From: Bacteroidia bacterium
GTDB lineage: Bacteria > Bacteroidota > Bacteroidia > NS11-12g > UBA955
Reading direction: 5' to 3'
Length of the DNA stretch: 64,000 nucleotides
Assembly (NCBI GenBank): GCA_030158725.1
Contig: JAOASJ010000036.1
Location: 7,776 to 71,775 of the forward strand
Under the pieces are notes generated by a model. That model was not told the DNA's origin, ran no database searches, and worked only from the letters and a program-made list of their open reading frames with translations. Below are positions 1 to 8,310 of this stretch, piece by piece (position 1 is the stretch's first letter; every line of letters starts with the position of its first letter). Both the position numbers and the translations under genes were made by a program.

Positions 1-1039
1 TGTGCAACATTCCAAGGAATCCGCAACGGAAACCAAAACCTAGAGCAGCAGAACTTTCTGGTTCAAAAACCAAGGAAGCATCATTCAGTTGCAGCTTAAA
101 CATACTGTCTCTTAGTTCTTCATAATCTTCAGTATCTACAGGATAAATACCCGCAAAGACCATTGGCTTTACATCTTCAAATCCTTTAATGGCCTCAGCA
201 GTTGGATTTAGCTTACTGGTAATCGTATCTCCAACCTTTACTTCTTTGGCTTGTTTAATTCCTGTTATAATGTAACCAACATCACCAGCTAATACTTGTT
301 GACGAGGCTCTGGAACCAATTTTAGTGCACCAACTTCATCGGCATTATATTCATTTTCAGTATTCATGAATTTCACCATTTCGCCTTTACTTATAGAACC
401 ATCTATTACTTTATAGTAAGCTATGATTCCTCTGAATGAATTGAAAACTGAATCAAAAATCAATGCTTTTAAAGGTGCATTTAAATTACCTTTTGGATAT
501 GGAACTCTAGCAACAATAGCTTTTAAAATGTCATGAACACCCATTCCAGTTTTGCCACTGGCAGCAATGATACTTTCTCTGTCACATCCTATTAAATCAA
601 CAATTTGGTCTTTTACTTCTTCTGGCATTGCACCAGGTAAATCCATTTTATTTAAAATTGGAATAATTTCAAGATTATGTTCAATTGCAAGGTATAAATT
701 ACTTATAGTTTGGGCTTGAATACCTTGAGAAGCATCGACGATTAAAAGGGCACCTTCGCAAGCAGCAATACTTCTACTAACTTCATAACTAAAGTCAACG
801 TGACCAGGCGTATCAATTAAATTGAGCACATAATCATTGCCATCCAATTTGTAATTCATTTGAATTGCATGTGACTTAATGGTAATACCTCTTTCTCTTT
901 CTAAATCCATGTCATCTAGAACTTGAGCCATCATTTCTCTTTTAGATATGGTATTTGTATATTCAAGTAACCTATCAGCTAGAGTGCTTTTACCGTGGTC
1001 AATGTGTGCGATAATACAGAAATTGCGTATGTGCTGCAT
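1..1039 (-). CDS. lepA: Elongation factor 4 (LepA), N-terminal part; the gene runs off the window start
   Basis: Absent from the ORF track because it is open at the window edge. Reverse complement from the ATG at 1039 reads [28 protein letters not shown]...[17 protein letters not shown]..., the LepA GTPase N-terminus (G1 [10 protein letters not shown]3 DTPGH). A -7 box CAAAAATA (plus strand) lies at 1052-1059. Confidence 0.9.
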   Translation of the reverse strand, partial: MQHIRNFCIIAHIDHGKSTLADRLLEYTNTISKREMMAQVLDDMDLERERGITIKSHAIQMNYKLDGNDYVLNLIDTPGHVDFSYEVSRSIAACEGALLIVDASQGIQAQTISNLYLAIEHNLEIIPILNKMDLPGAMPEEVKDQIVDLIGCDRESIIAASGKTGMGVHDILKAIVARVPYPKGNLNAPLKALIFDSVFNSFRGIIAYYKVIDGSISKGEMVKFMNTENEYNADEVGALKLVPEPRQQVLAGDVGYIITGIKQAKEVKVGDTITSKLNPTAEAIKGFEDVKPMVFAGIYPVDTEDYEELRDSMFKLQLNDASLVFEPESSAALGFGFRCGFLGMLH

Positions 1040-1210
1040 AAAATAAGGGTGCAAAAATAGATTAAATTGATCAAATTAAAATATTTATTGAATTAAAGAT
1101 AGCCACAATAATCCAATAAAAACAAAGAGCGAACACCATTTTCTGATGTCCGCTCAATTTACACAAATACACAAAATAAGATTGGTATTTATCGTTAAAT
1201 AACCAAAGTC

Positions 1211-3601
1211 TTATTGTTTAATTATTTTGCTTTGGCTAATTACACCATCGATGTTTAGTTCAATGTAATAAACACCATTTATTAACTTGCTTAAATCTAC
1301 TTGAAAATCAAGTCCACTTAAATTTTCTAAATTGATTAATTTTTCGCCAAATGCATTGTATACTGCAACACTTGCGTTCTCACTTTCGTTGTTAGGAACA
1401 TTAATATTCAAAACACCTGCAACTGGTTGTGGGTATAATTTAATTGAATTATTAATTTCGTTTGAGAAGTTAATGCTAAGAATTTTAGAAAAACTATTTA
1501 TACCTGTAAGGTCAGTTTGTTTTAATCTATAATACTGTAAGCCGATTTTTGCATTTAAATCTAATATTTCATAATTAATAACTCCATTTGAATTTTCAGC
1601 ACCGTTTAATTCACCAATGCTTATCCAATTTATACCATCATATGATTTTTCAACTGTGAAATAATCATTGTTAATTTCATTTGAAGTACTCCATTTTACC
1701 AATACATTTTGATTTTGCTTATTTGCTGTGAAATTAACCAAAGTAACAGGAAGTGGATTTAAAGAAGTTGTTGAGCCCAAAGTAAAAGGACTAAAATTTG
1801 TTACAACACTGTTGCTTTCTACAGTTCCGGCAACAACATTACCAGTTGTAGTAGCATTTCCTGTTGATTCCCAAGTTGTACCATTATATCTTGATACTCT
1901 CAAGTCGCTCAGATTGTTTATACCACCGCTTCTTGCAGAATTAAAACTCAATTTCACTTGTACGTTTGAGAAACCAAATGTTCTGTTTAATATCCAGTGC
2001 TCTTGAGAACTCACATGATCTAAACTAGTATTAACGTTAGTTGCTGTAAAAACAGTTCCAAAGTATTGAGCTGTGAAATGGTCCGTAACATTACTAGGTG
2101 CTGATATTGAAATTGAAGCTGAAACAGTTCCATTACCTGTAGGGAATGAGAAAGCATCGTTTCCTATTTTTCTAACTGGTCCATTAACATGGCTAAGGCT
2201 TGAAGGTGCTGTTAAAATTGTAGCATTATCATTGAAAATTAACAAATTGGTATTGTTTGATATGATGATACCTTTTATAAAGTCTACCTGATTTCCAATA
2301 ATCAATGGCATTCCATTAATCGTGTATGTGCCCGTTGTATTTAATCTCAAGTTATTGATTATTGGAGGATTGCTTGCATCACCAATTATTTCTTGAGAAA
2401 CATTGCCGTCAATAACCACCCAACCATTACCTGCTCCGAATGTAATTAAATTAGCTGAACCACTAGTATTTAATCTACCAGCTAGTGTGCTGTTACCAGC
2501 GTATGCAGGCTCTAGATTACCAGTGCTCATTTCTAAGAAAAGTGTATTTCCATTATAATCATCACCATTAACTGCAGCTAATCTGAATAATTTATCAGAG
2601 TTATTTCTGATAGTAACCTCACCTGTAAATGTATTACCACCTGCTTCTGAGTTGTTACTTCCACCGTTTAATTTTATTAATGTTACTCCGTTGAAGGTAG
2701 CATTTTGCATAGAATCTAAGTCGGTGAATTGTAAAATTCCATCTTCAAATGAACCGCCCAAAATACTCGCTTGGGTGAATGTCCAAGTATTGCTTTGAGG
2801 ATCAAGAGAACCTTTTATAATCCTTACTAAATTAGCATTTAAATTACCTATTGTACTAAATGCCTGATTGGTATTAATGATTAGTCTATTAAAGAACAAT
2901 TTATCGCCATATACAGTTGTATAACCATTGATAACTGCTGAACCAGTTCCCATACCAATTGAAACTTCATTTGGAGAACCTTGTGAACCCATATCAGCTG
3001 TGTAGATATTTATTCCATTGTAAGCAGGTTCAAGAGCACCTGTGCTTCTTTCCTCATAATGCATAAAACCTGAATAGTTATCTGGGGCAGTTACACTAAG
3101 TCTGAATCTAGAAGAAGAAGAATTTAAAATCGCTATTGGACCAACGAAAGTGTTAGATCCATATACATCGTTAGTAGAACCTCCTGTTTTATTTATAATA
3201 AATACCGAACCTGAAGCATCAAATGTGGTGCTCTGCATATTGGTAATGTTATTCACATCTATCCAACCATGTAAAAGAGTTCCACCAGTGAAACTAGCAT
3301 TATTAGAAATTGTTAACGTATAATCAGCCAAATTAAAATTCCCTGCTGATTGTGTTAAATTGGTGATGCTGGTATTTCCTGGCAATGCAGGTTGATTACC
3401 TGTACCTGAATTTATTACAACATTGTCTGCTGAACCTGGAAATGTGTTAGATCCAGTATTGGTGCCAGTTCTGCTCCAATTTCCAGCATCTGTCCAAGAA
3501 CTTGAGTTGCTGCCAGTCCACGTAAATGTCCAAGCGTTTAAATTCGTGCTGCTAAGCAATAGCAAGGCAAGAATAGAATAAAAACTGTTAATTTTTTTCA
3601 T
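1211..3601 (-). CDS. Secreted Asn/Gly/Thr-rich repeat (beta-helix/adhesin-like) protein with type A T9SS C-terminal sorting domain
   Basis: 796-aa ORF. Signal peptide MKKINSFYSILALLLLSSTNLNA. Internally duplicated modules (GSNTFVGPIAILNSSSSRFRLSV..STGALEPAYNG versus GGNTFTGEVTIRNNSDKLFRLAA..STGNLEPAYAG). C-terminus KLYPQPVAGVLNINV...GVYYIELNIDGVISQSKIIKQ fits the T9SS CTD pattern. Confidence 0.75.
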   Translation of the reverse strand: MKKINSFYSILALLLLSSTNLNAWTFTWTGSNSSSWTDAGNWSRTGTNTGSNTFPGSADNVVINSGTGNQPALPGNTSITNLTQSAGNFNLADYTLTISNNASFTGGTLLHGWIDVNNITNMQSTTFDASGSVFIINKTGGSTNDVYGSNTFVGPIAILNSSSSRFRLSVTAPDNYSGFMHYEERSTGALEPAYNGINIYTADMGSQGSPNEVSIGMGTGSAVINGYTTVYGDKLFFNRLIINTNQAFSTIGNLNANLVRIIKGSLDPQSNTWTFTQASILGGSFEDGILQFTDLDSMQNATFNGVTLIKLNGGSNNSEAGGNTFTGEVTIRNNSDKLFRLAAVNGDDYNGNTLFLEMSTGNLEPAYAGNSTLAGRLNTSGSANLITFGAGNGWVVIDGNVSQEIIGDASNPPIINNLRLNTTGTYTINGMPLIIGNQVDFIKGIIISNNTNLLIFNDNATILTAPSSLSHVNGPVRKIGNDAFSFPTGNGTVSASISISAPSNVTDHFTAQYFGTVFTATNVNTSLDHVSSQEHWILNRTFGFSNVQVKLSFNSARSGGINNLSDLRVSRYNGTTWESTGNATTTGNVVAGTVESNSVVTNFSPFTLGSTTSLNPLPVTLVNFTANKQNQNVLVKWSTSNEINNDYFTVEKSYDGINWISIGELNGAENSNGVINYEILDLNAKIGLQYYRLKQTDLTGINSFSKILSINFSNEINNSIKLYPQPVAGVLNINVPNNESENASVAVYNAFGEKLINLENLSGLDFQVDLSKLINGVYYIELNIDGVISQSKIIKQ

Positions 3602-3697
3602 ATTGAGTATTGTGTATTAAAATGTAAACCTGTGTGTGTTTTCGGAAGAAATGAGTATTTTTACTAATTGAGTAAAAGTACTTAGTTCTAGCGAGGG

Positions 3698-3728
3698 CAA
3701 AAATAAAAGTATTTATCAACAAAGCAAA
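3698..3728 (-). promoter_or_regulatory. Bacteroidota sigma-A promoter (TTTG-N19-TATTTTTG) for the 1211-3601 gene
   Basis: Plus strand has CAAAAATA at 3698-3705 and CAAA at 3725-3728 with a 19-nt spacer. On the minus strand this is an exact match to TTTG-N19-21-TAnnTTTG. It implies a 5' UTR of about 90 nt. Confidence 0.55.
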
Positions 3729-4087
3729 GAAAATATTGAATTTTGTACACTTTTATGAATTTTTTAATCATAATCAACTAAATAACAACAACTTACAATT
3801 AAACCCAAAAACATCTTATTTCAATAATTTATAAAAAACACTGTATTTTCATAAATTTTTTAATCTGAAATGGCTTATTTTTTTCTTAAACGAATTTGAT
3901 TTTAAAATTTCAAACGCCAAAACCTTCTTAGTTTTAATATTCCTGATCTGGTTAAAAAATAAAAACACAGATAGAAATTTATAAACTTAGAAAAATACAA
4001 ATAATCAGAAGTGAAATTAAATTCAAACAACTGAAATATTAAATAATACCAATATTATACTTTGATGTATTAATGTTAAAAAAACAT

Positions 4088-4118
4088 TTTGTAAATGTGA
4101 AATTATGCATTAGTTTTG
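4088..4118 (+). promoter_or_regulatory. Orphan consensus promoter (TTTG-N19-TAGTTTTG) with no ORF downstream
   Basis: TTTG at 4088-4091, 19-nt spacer, TAGTTTTG at 4111-4118, then CA as in other promoters of this window. Confidence 0.5.
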
Positions 4119-4120
4119 CA

Positions 4121-4177
4121 CTGTGTTTTCATAGTTTTAGTTTTTAGACAGGGGCCGAACATTGTTCGGTCCTTTTC
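4121..4177 (+). ncRNA. Candidate small non-coding RNA of about 55 nt (promoter-to-terminator unit, no ATG)
   Basis: Bounded by the consensus promoter at 4088-4118 and the plus-strand intrinsic terminator at 4152-4177. The interval contains no start codon. Confidence 0.3.
4152..4177 (+). terminator. Rho-independent terminator, plus-strand specific
   Basis: GGGCCGAAC-att-GTTCGGTCC gives a 9-bp stem with one G-U pair that becomes an A-C mismatch on the other strand. It is followed by TTTTCT. Confidence 0.6.
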
Positions 4178-4206
4178 TATTATAGAACTTTCGGGATTCT
4201 AATAGC

Positions 4207-4250
4207 AAAAAAAAACCTTTACCCAACATTACTGCCGAGCAAAGGTTTTG
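4207..4250 (-). terminator. Rho-independent terminator, minus strand, for the small-ORF transcript
   Basis: Minus-sense CAAAACCTTT...AAAGGTTTT stem. The 20-nt interior extends the stem through G-U pairs only in the minus sense. It is followed by a U-run (plus-strand A-run 4207-4215). Confidence 0.6.
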
Positions 4251-4325
4251 CTAAAAATCAACTACCTCACATTATATCTTTACAAGTTCATAGAACTTAT
4301 GATTTTTCAAATTCAATTTTGTTTA

Positions 4326-4418
4326 TTAGTCAAATGGAATATGAGCTAATAAACTAAATATAACCAACGCTAAAATAATCGCGATTGTCCTTTTTATCTT
4401 TGTATTTCTATACCTCAT
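4326..4418 (-). CDS. Candidate 30-aa small membrane peptide MRYRNTKIKRTIAIILALVIFSLLAHIPFD
   Basis: ATG at 4418, TAA at 4326-4328; too short for the ORF track. Basic N-terminus followed by one hydrophobic helix. It lies between a full consensus promoter (4500-4531) and a strong terminator (4207-4250). Confidence 0.35.
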   Translation of the reverse strand: MRYRNTKIKRTIAIILALVIFSLLAHIPFD

Positions 4419-4499
4419 AATCAACCTTTTTTTAAGTTTTATTTTGAGCACAAATACACAGTAAGTATAAAATCCTAACCCTTACAACTATCTTATAAT

Positions 4500-4531
4500 C
4501 AAATATATAAAAGCAAATTTGTTTTTTCAAA
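4500..4531 (-). promoter_or_regulatory. Consensus promoter (TTTG-N20-TATATTTG) driving the small-ORF transcript
   Basis: Plus strand has CAAATATA at 4500-4507 and CAAA at 4528-4531 with a 20-nt spacer. Confidence 0.5.
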
Positions 4532-4776
4532 AAGAATGTAAAAAAAAATATTTTAGACTATAAACCGCTCAATTACAGAGAGATATTTTTTATTTTTTTT
4601 TATGATTATAATACAATCATTCAATTAATGATAAAATCAAGGGGTAGAATCAACAATAAAGCAAGTGCAATTGCATTCCAAAAAACCGAGAAAAAGTATA
4701 AGAAAAGTAGCTATAATTAAACTTATAATCACAAAATAATCCCAACGCTATTTGACAAATAGCATTGAATTAAAGG

Positions 4777-5247
4777 CTATAATTTAATTTGGTGTTTTGA
4801 ATTGATTTTTATCGGGAAATTGCAAGAGTTTGCAATAAAACATTTTTGAGATGCCAATTCATGCAAATCATCAATGTTTATGGAATTATCATTTGATAAA
4901 ATGACAACTTCTGGATTTAAGTTAGCGGAATTAAATTTACCACCTTTGCCTGGTATAATCTCCAAATAAGCTTCTGGTGAATCAATATATTCTACAACAT
5001 TAATTCCATGATCAGCACATTCATGTAAAAACCAAAGCATATGGCATGATGAAAGCGCAGACAATAACATTTCTTCAGGATTTAGCTTACTTGGGTCACC
5101 TCTAAAAATCGAATCAGCTGAAGCATATACTGGTGCCTTGTTCTCAAATTTAATGGTATAGTCTCTTCGATATGAATCGTATTTTTCTGTCCCATTTCCA
5201 TTATTTCCGGTCCATTCAATTTTTAAAGTATATTGGTGTAGTTTCAT
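4777..5247 (-). CDS. OsmC/Ohr family peroxiredoxin-like protein
   Basis: 156 aa. LSALSSCHMLWFLHECA and a C-terminal QKCFIANSC segment supply the two-Cys OsmC-family pattern. Confidence 0.75.
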   Translation of the reverse strand: MKLHQYTLKIEWTGNNGNGTEKYDSYRRDYTIKFENKAPVYASADSIFRGDPSKLNPEEMLLSALSSCHMLWFLHECADHGINVVEYIDSPEAYLEIIPGKGGKFNSANLNPEVVILSNDNSINIDDLHELASQKCFIANSCNFPIKINSKHQIKL

Positions 5248-5269
5248 AGATACTAAATTTATTGTCCGT

Positions 5270-5758
5270 TTATTTAAAGATTAATTTTTGATCGAAATCA
5301 ACTGGGATTTTATATACAGTGCCATCGCATTTCACTCGGGTATATCCGTTAAAATGAACCGGTATTTCTTTTGTTTCTGATAACAAATTAACAAGAACTC
5401 CAGAAATACCATGACTTAAGCTCAATTGGGCAATGTCAATTTTGAACTTAAATTCAATATTAAAATCACTTTGAGGATTGATTTTACTGATATTTGATTG
5501 TGATATTCTAGCAATTTCGACATCATTAGAAATTATCTTCAATTCAGAATTTAATATTTGAGCAGAAAAATTATTAGGGTTATGGAAATTTGCCAAAGCA
5601 TTAAAATGTGCCTCAGTTCCAGTTGTTTCTATGTATTGAACCCTTTCAATGGAAATAAATTCAGGGGCGCTGAAATTTGTTTTATAGTACACCATATATA
5701 AAATACTTATCATACCAATAAGTAAAATTAAAATGATATACCAATACCTGCGAAGCAT
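5270..5758 (-). CDS. Membrane-anchored LEA type 2 (NDR1/HIN1-like) family protein
   Basis: 162 aa. N-terminal TM helix YWYIILILLIGMISILYMVYY followed by a beta-rich domain resembling LEA_2. The family assignment is tentative. Confidence 0.45.
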   Translation of the reverse strand: MLRRYWYIILILLIGMISILYMVYYKTNFSAPEFISIERVQYIETTGTEAHFNALANFHNPNNFSAQILNSELKIISNDVEIARISQSNISKINPQSDFNIEFKFKIDIAQLSLSHGISGVLVNLLSETKEIPVHFNGYTRVKCDGTVYKIPVDFDQKLIFK

Positions 5759-6481
5759 TTATTCTAAATCGCTGAGTAAGTTAACGCCTAGTGGTTTAAC
5801 AGCTAATAGCCCTTCTGCATGTTTGCAATTTATATATCTGGCTAATTGTACGCTTCTACCTTCAATATTCTTTTTAAATTCTGGGGTTGAAATAGGTGTT
5901 GTGGGTTCTAAAGAGTTTGGATTATAGAATTGTGAAGAAAAACATTCGAAGGCTTCTGTTCTTTTTTCCCAGAAATCAGTTACATCAATTATTAAGTCAG
6001 GCTGTTTGAATAAATCTTGAATATATGCATAGATATTTTTTGGTCTCCATGCCTCTTGCACTTCACCTTCATGAATTGTTTCAATCTTTATTAAACCGGA
6101 TAGAAATGCAGCTCTGTGCACTAATTTATGGGCAATTCCATGGTCTGGGTGCCTATCGTTATCAGAATTTATTAATAAGATGTCAGGTTGATATTTTCTA
6201 ATGGCTTTAATTACGGAAATTAAAGATTCATTATTAATTTCTAAAAATCCATCGTGCATATTTAAGTTTTCTCTAACAGAAAGTTTGAGAATTTCTGACG
6301 CCTTTTGGGTTTCAAGTTTTCTGGTTTCCAATTGCCCCCTAGTGCTTAATTCACCTTGGGTTAAATCAATTATGCCCGTCTTTAATCCTGCCTCTTGGTG
6401 TTTTAACATTATTCCAGCAGCAGAAATTTCGACATCGTCTGGATGTGCTGCAAATGCCAGAATATTTATTTTTTGCTTCAT
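5759..6481 (-). CDS. bshB1: Bacillithiol biosynthesis deacetylase BshB1 (PIG-L/LmbE family)
   Basis: 240 aa. ILAFAAHPDDVEISAAG...DLTQGELSTRG...DRHPDHG motifs are typical of BshB1. Its start overlaps the upstream gene's stop (ATGA at 6478-6481). Confidence 0.8.
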   Translation of the reverse strand: MKQKINILAFAAHPDDVEISAAGIMLKHQEAGLKTGIIDLTQGELSTRGQLETRKLETQKASEILKLSVRENLNMHDGFLEINNESLISVIKAIRKYQPDILLINSDNDRHPDHGIAHKLVHRAAFLSGLIKIETIHEGEVQEAWRPKNIYAYIQDLFKQPDLIIDVTDFWEKRTEAFECFSSQFYNPNSLEPTTPISTPEFKKNIEGRSVQLARYINCKHAEGLLAVKPLGVNLLSDLE

Positions 6482-7095
6482 TGTTGTGCTTCGATAGATT
6501 TAATTATCTCCTCAATTTGGTAATCAACTACAGGGTCATAAGTTACCTTCATACTGGTATTATATGATTTGGCCATTGCTTGCCAAAAAACAGTTTCTAG
6601 TGTTCCACCATAGTCTTTCATAATATCAAAAGTAGTTTTGCCTGTTTCTCTATGGATTAATTTAAGTAAAATCCTACCCTCTTCGACATACATATTTTTT
6701 AAGTCATCCATAAACTGTTTTTTTATGGCTTTTTCACACTCTTTAATGTATTTTTTCTTTTCCTTTTCGCTTTTAAGCAGACATAAATTATCCTCCATCT
6801 GCTGCAATCTAAAAGCGGCCATTTTTGCATAAGGCAAGGCTTTTCTTACCCACTTGTTTAAATTTATAAATGCATCCTTTTCAGCTTTGCTTTTTGTACT
6901 GCTGGTGCTAAAGTTGAATTTATTTAATAAATAAACTGGCAAGGTATCTTTACCTTCAATTTCATACCCGATTTTTACAAATGAACGGGTTCTATATATT
7001 ACTGTGTCACTATTAATCGTATCCTTTAAATTAATACTTTGCGCATTTAATACAATTGAAAAAAGACTAAAATATATAAATAAGAATGATTTCAT
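6478..7095 (-). CDS. Secreted DUF4294-like protein
   Basis: 205 aa with a signal peptide. GRILLKLIHRETGKTTFDIMKDYGG...FWQAMAKSY..KVTYDP resembles the Bacteroidota DUF4294 family as recalled from memory. Confidence 0.5.
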   Translation of the reverse strand: MKSFLFIYFSLFSIVLNAQSINLKDTINSDTVIYRTRSFVKIGYEIEGKDTLPVYLLNKFNFSTSSTKSKAEKDAFINLNKWVRKALPYAKMAAFRLQQMEDNLCLLKSEKEKKKYIKECEKAIKKQFMDDLKNMYVEEGRILLKLIHRETGKTTFDIMKDYGGTLETVFWQAMAKSYNTSMKVTYDPVVDYQIEEIIKSIEAQQ

Positions 7096-7128
7096 AATGT
7101 AGTTAATTCAAGTATTATACCTTTTTCG

Positions 7129-8310
7129 TCAAACCTTATTAATTAATTTAACAGGCTTTTTTACTTTAAGTGAATATACAATTAGAACTATTCCCAGAAC
7201 CACTAATCCACTTGAAATAATCTCTGCTTGTGTGACTTTGAGACCTAAAAAATCTTGAATAGTATTTACGCGGATTTTTTCAATCATAAATCTTTCAAGT
7301 CCATTCATGATAAGATAAATACCAAAAAGAAGTCCACCGTAATTTAGTTTTTTTCTAAGCGACCATAAAATAGCAAAAAGTATTAATGCCATTATGGTTT
7401 CATAAAATGGTGTTGGAAAAACCATTGGATCTAAATGGTTGCAATGTTGTTCACCAATACAATTAGGCATCGGCACACCAACACTATTAACATTGTTTGG
7501 ATAATCGTAGCTCCACATCCAATCGGGTAAAAAAGACATCCAATTTGGTTTTGGTGCTGTATTAACAATTCCCCAATCACCATCACCACTTACATGACAT
7601 CCAATTCTACCTGTGCCATAACTTAACATCATGGCTGGTCCGCCCACATCTAACATATGCAAAAACGGAATACCCCTTTTCTTTGCAACATAAAGCACCG
7701 AGATACCACCGACAATTAGTCCACCATAGAAAGTTAATCCACTAAAAGACATAATAGAACCCATCGGATCTTGATTGAATTCAGACAAGTTTTCAAGAAT
7801 ATGAAAAAACTTAGCCCCTAAAATGCCTCCAATAAATGCAGCTAATGTTAGTTCACCTATATAATAAGAAGGATCTACAGTTTTGGTATGTTCAATAGGT
7901 TCAGGAAGTCTTTGTTTTTTATCTTGCCAATAGTTAACCCCTAAAAATGCAAGTGCCACCAATAGACCGTATACAAAGTTTCCTTGAGTAGAAAGCAAAA
8001 AAGCTTGGGGATCATTGTTTGAAATTTTAAAATCCAATAAAAGTGGAAGGATTTTAAACCCAAAGATGAAACCTGTTATTCCAGAACTTAAATATTCAGA
8101 ATTTGAAAATGGTTTTCCTGTAAAATATTTTAAAGTAGTTCCATTGCCGAGAATTCCATCGTTAAATTTCCTTTTTAACTCAACCCTCATTGCCCATCCT
8201 GCTAGTAAAAATGAGATAGCTACAAAAAAGCCAAAGGAATTAATCATCCTTAAGAAGTCAAGTTCGATTCCGAACCAGTCTTTGAAAATATAATAAAAAT
8301 TAGGATACAT
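7129..8310 (-). CDS. lgt: Prolipoprotein diacylglyceryl transferase (long Bacteroidota form)
   Basis: 393-aa polytopic membrane protein. N-terminus YIFKDWFGIELDFLRMINSFGFFVAISFLLAGW and a GRIGCHVSGDGDWG motif. Confidence 0.7.
   Translation of the reverse strand: MYPNFYYIFKDWFGIELDFLRMINSFGFFVAISFLLAGWAMRVELKRKFNDGILGNGTTLKYFTGKPFSNSEYLSSGITGFIFGFKILPLLLDFKISNNDPQAFLLSTQGNFVYGLLVALAFLGVNYWQDKKQRLPEPIEHTKTVDPSYYIGELTLAAFIGGILGAKFFHILENLSEFNQDPMGSIMSFSGLTFYGGLIVGGISVLYVAKKRGIPFLHMLDVGGPAMMLSYGTGRIGCHVSGDGDWGIVNTAPKPNWMSFLPDWMWSYDYPNNVNSVGVPMPNCIGEQHCNHLDPMVFPTPFYETIMALILFAILWSLRKKLNYGGLLFGIYLIMNGLERFMIEKIRVNTIQDFLGLKVTQAEIISSGLVVLGIVLIVYSLKVKKPVKLINKV

Noticed and set aside
3630-3642. A short CA/TG dinucleotide run (TGTGTGTGT) in the adhesin 5' UTR, as a possible phase-variation tract.
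   Set aside because: With only about 4 repeat units in a non-coding leader, it is too short for appreciable slipped-strand variation. Nothing suggests it alters promoter spacing.
4637-4732. A second micro-ORF in the gene desert (minus strand, GTG start, 31 aa, VIISLIIATFLILFLGFLECNCTCFIVDSTP).
   Set aside because: It has no ATG and no matching promoter. It starts inside the tail of the weak osmC terminator hairpin. Hydrophobic codons are expected by chance in T-rich sequence. I kept it only as a note under the gene-desert finding.
3602-4776. A CRISPR array or other regular tandem repeat in the AT-rich gap.
   Set aside because: Reading through the region shows no periodic direct repeats of 25-40 nt with unique spacers. 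It contains only homopolymer runs and isolated hairpins.
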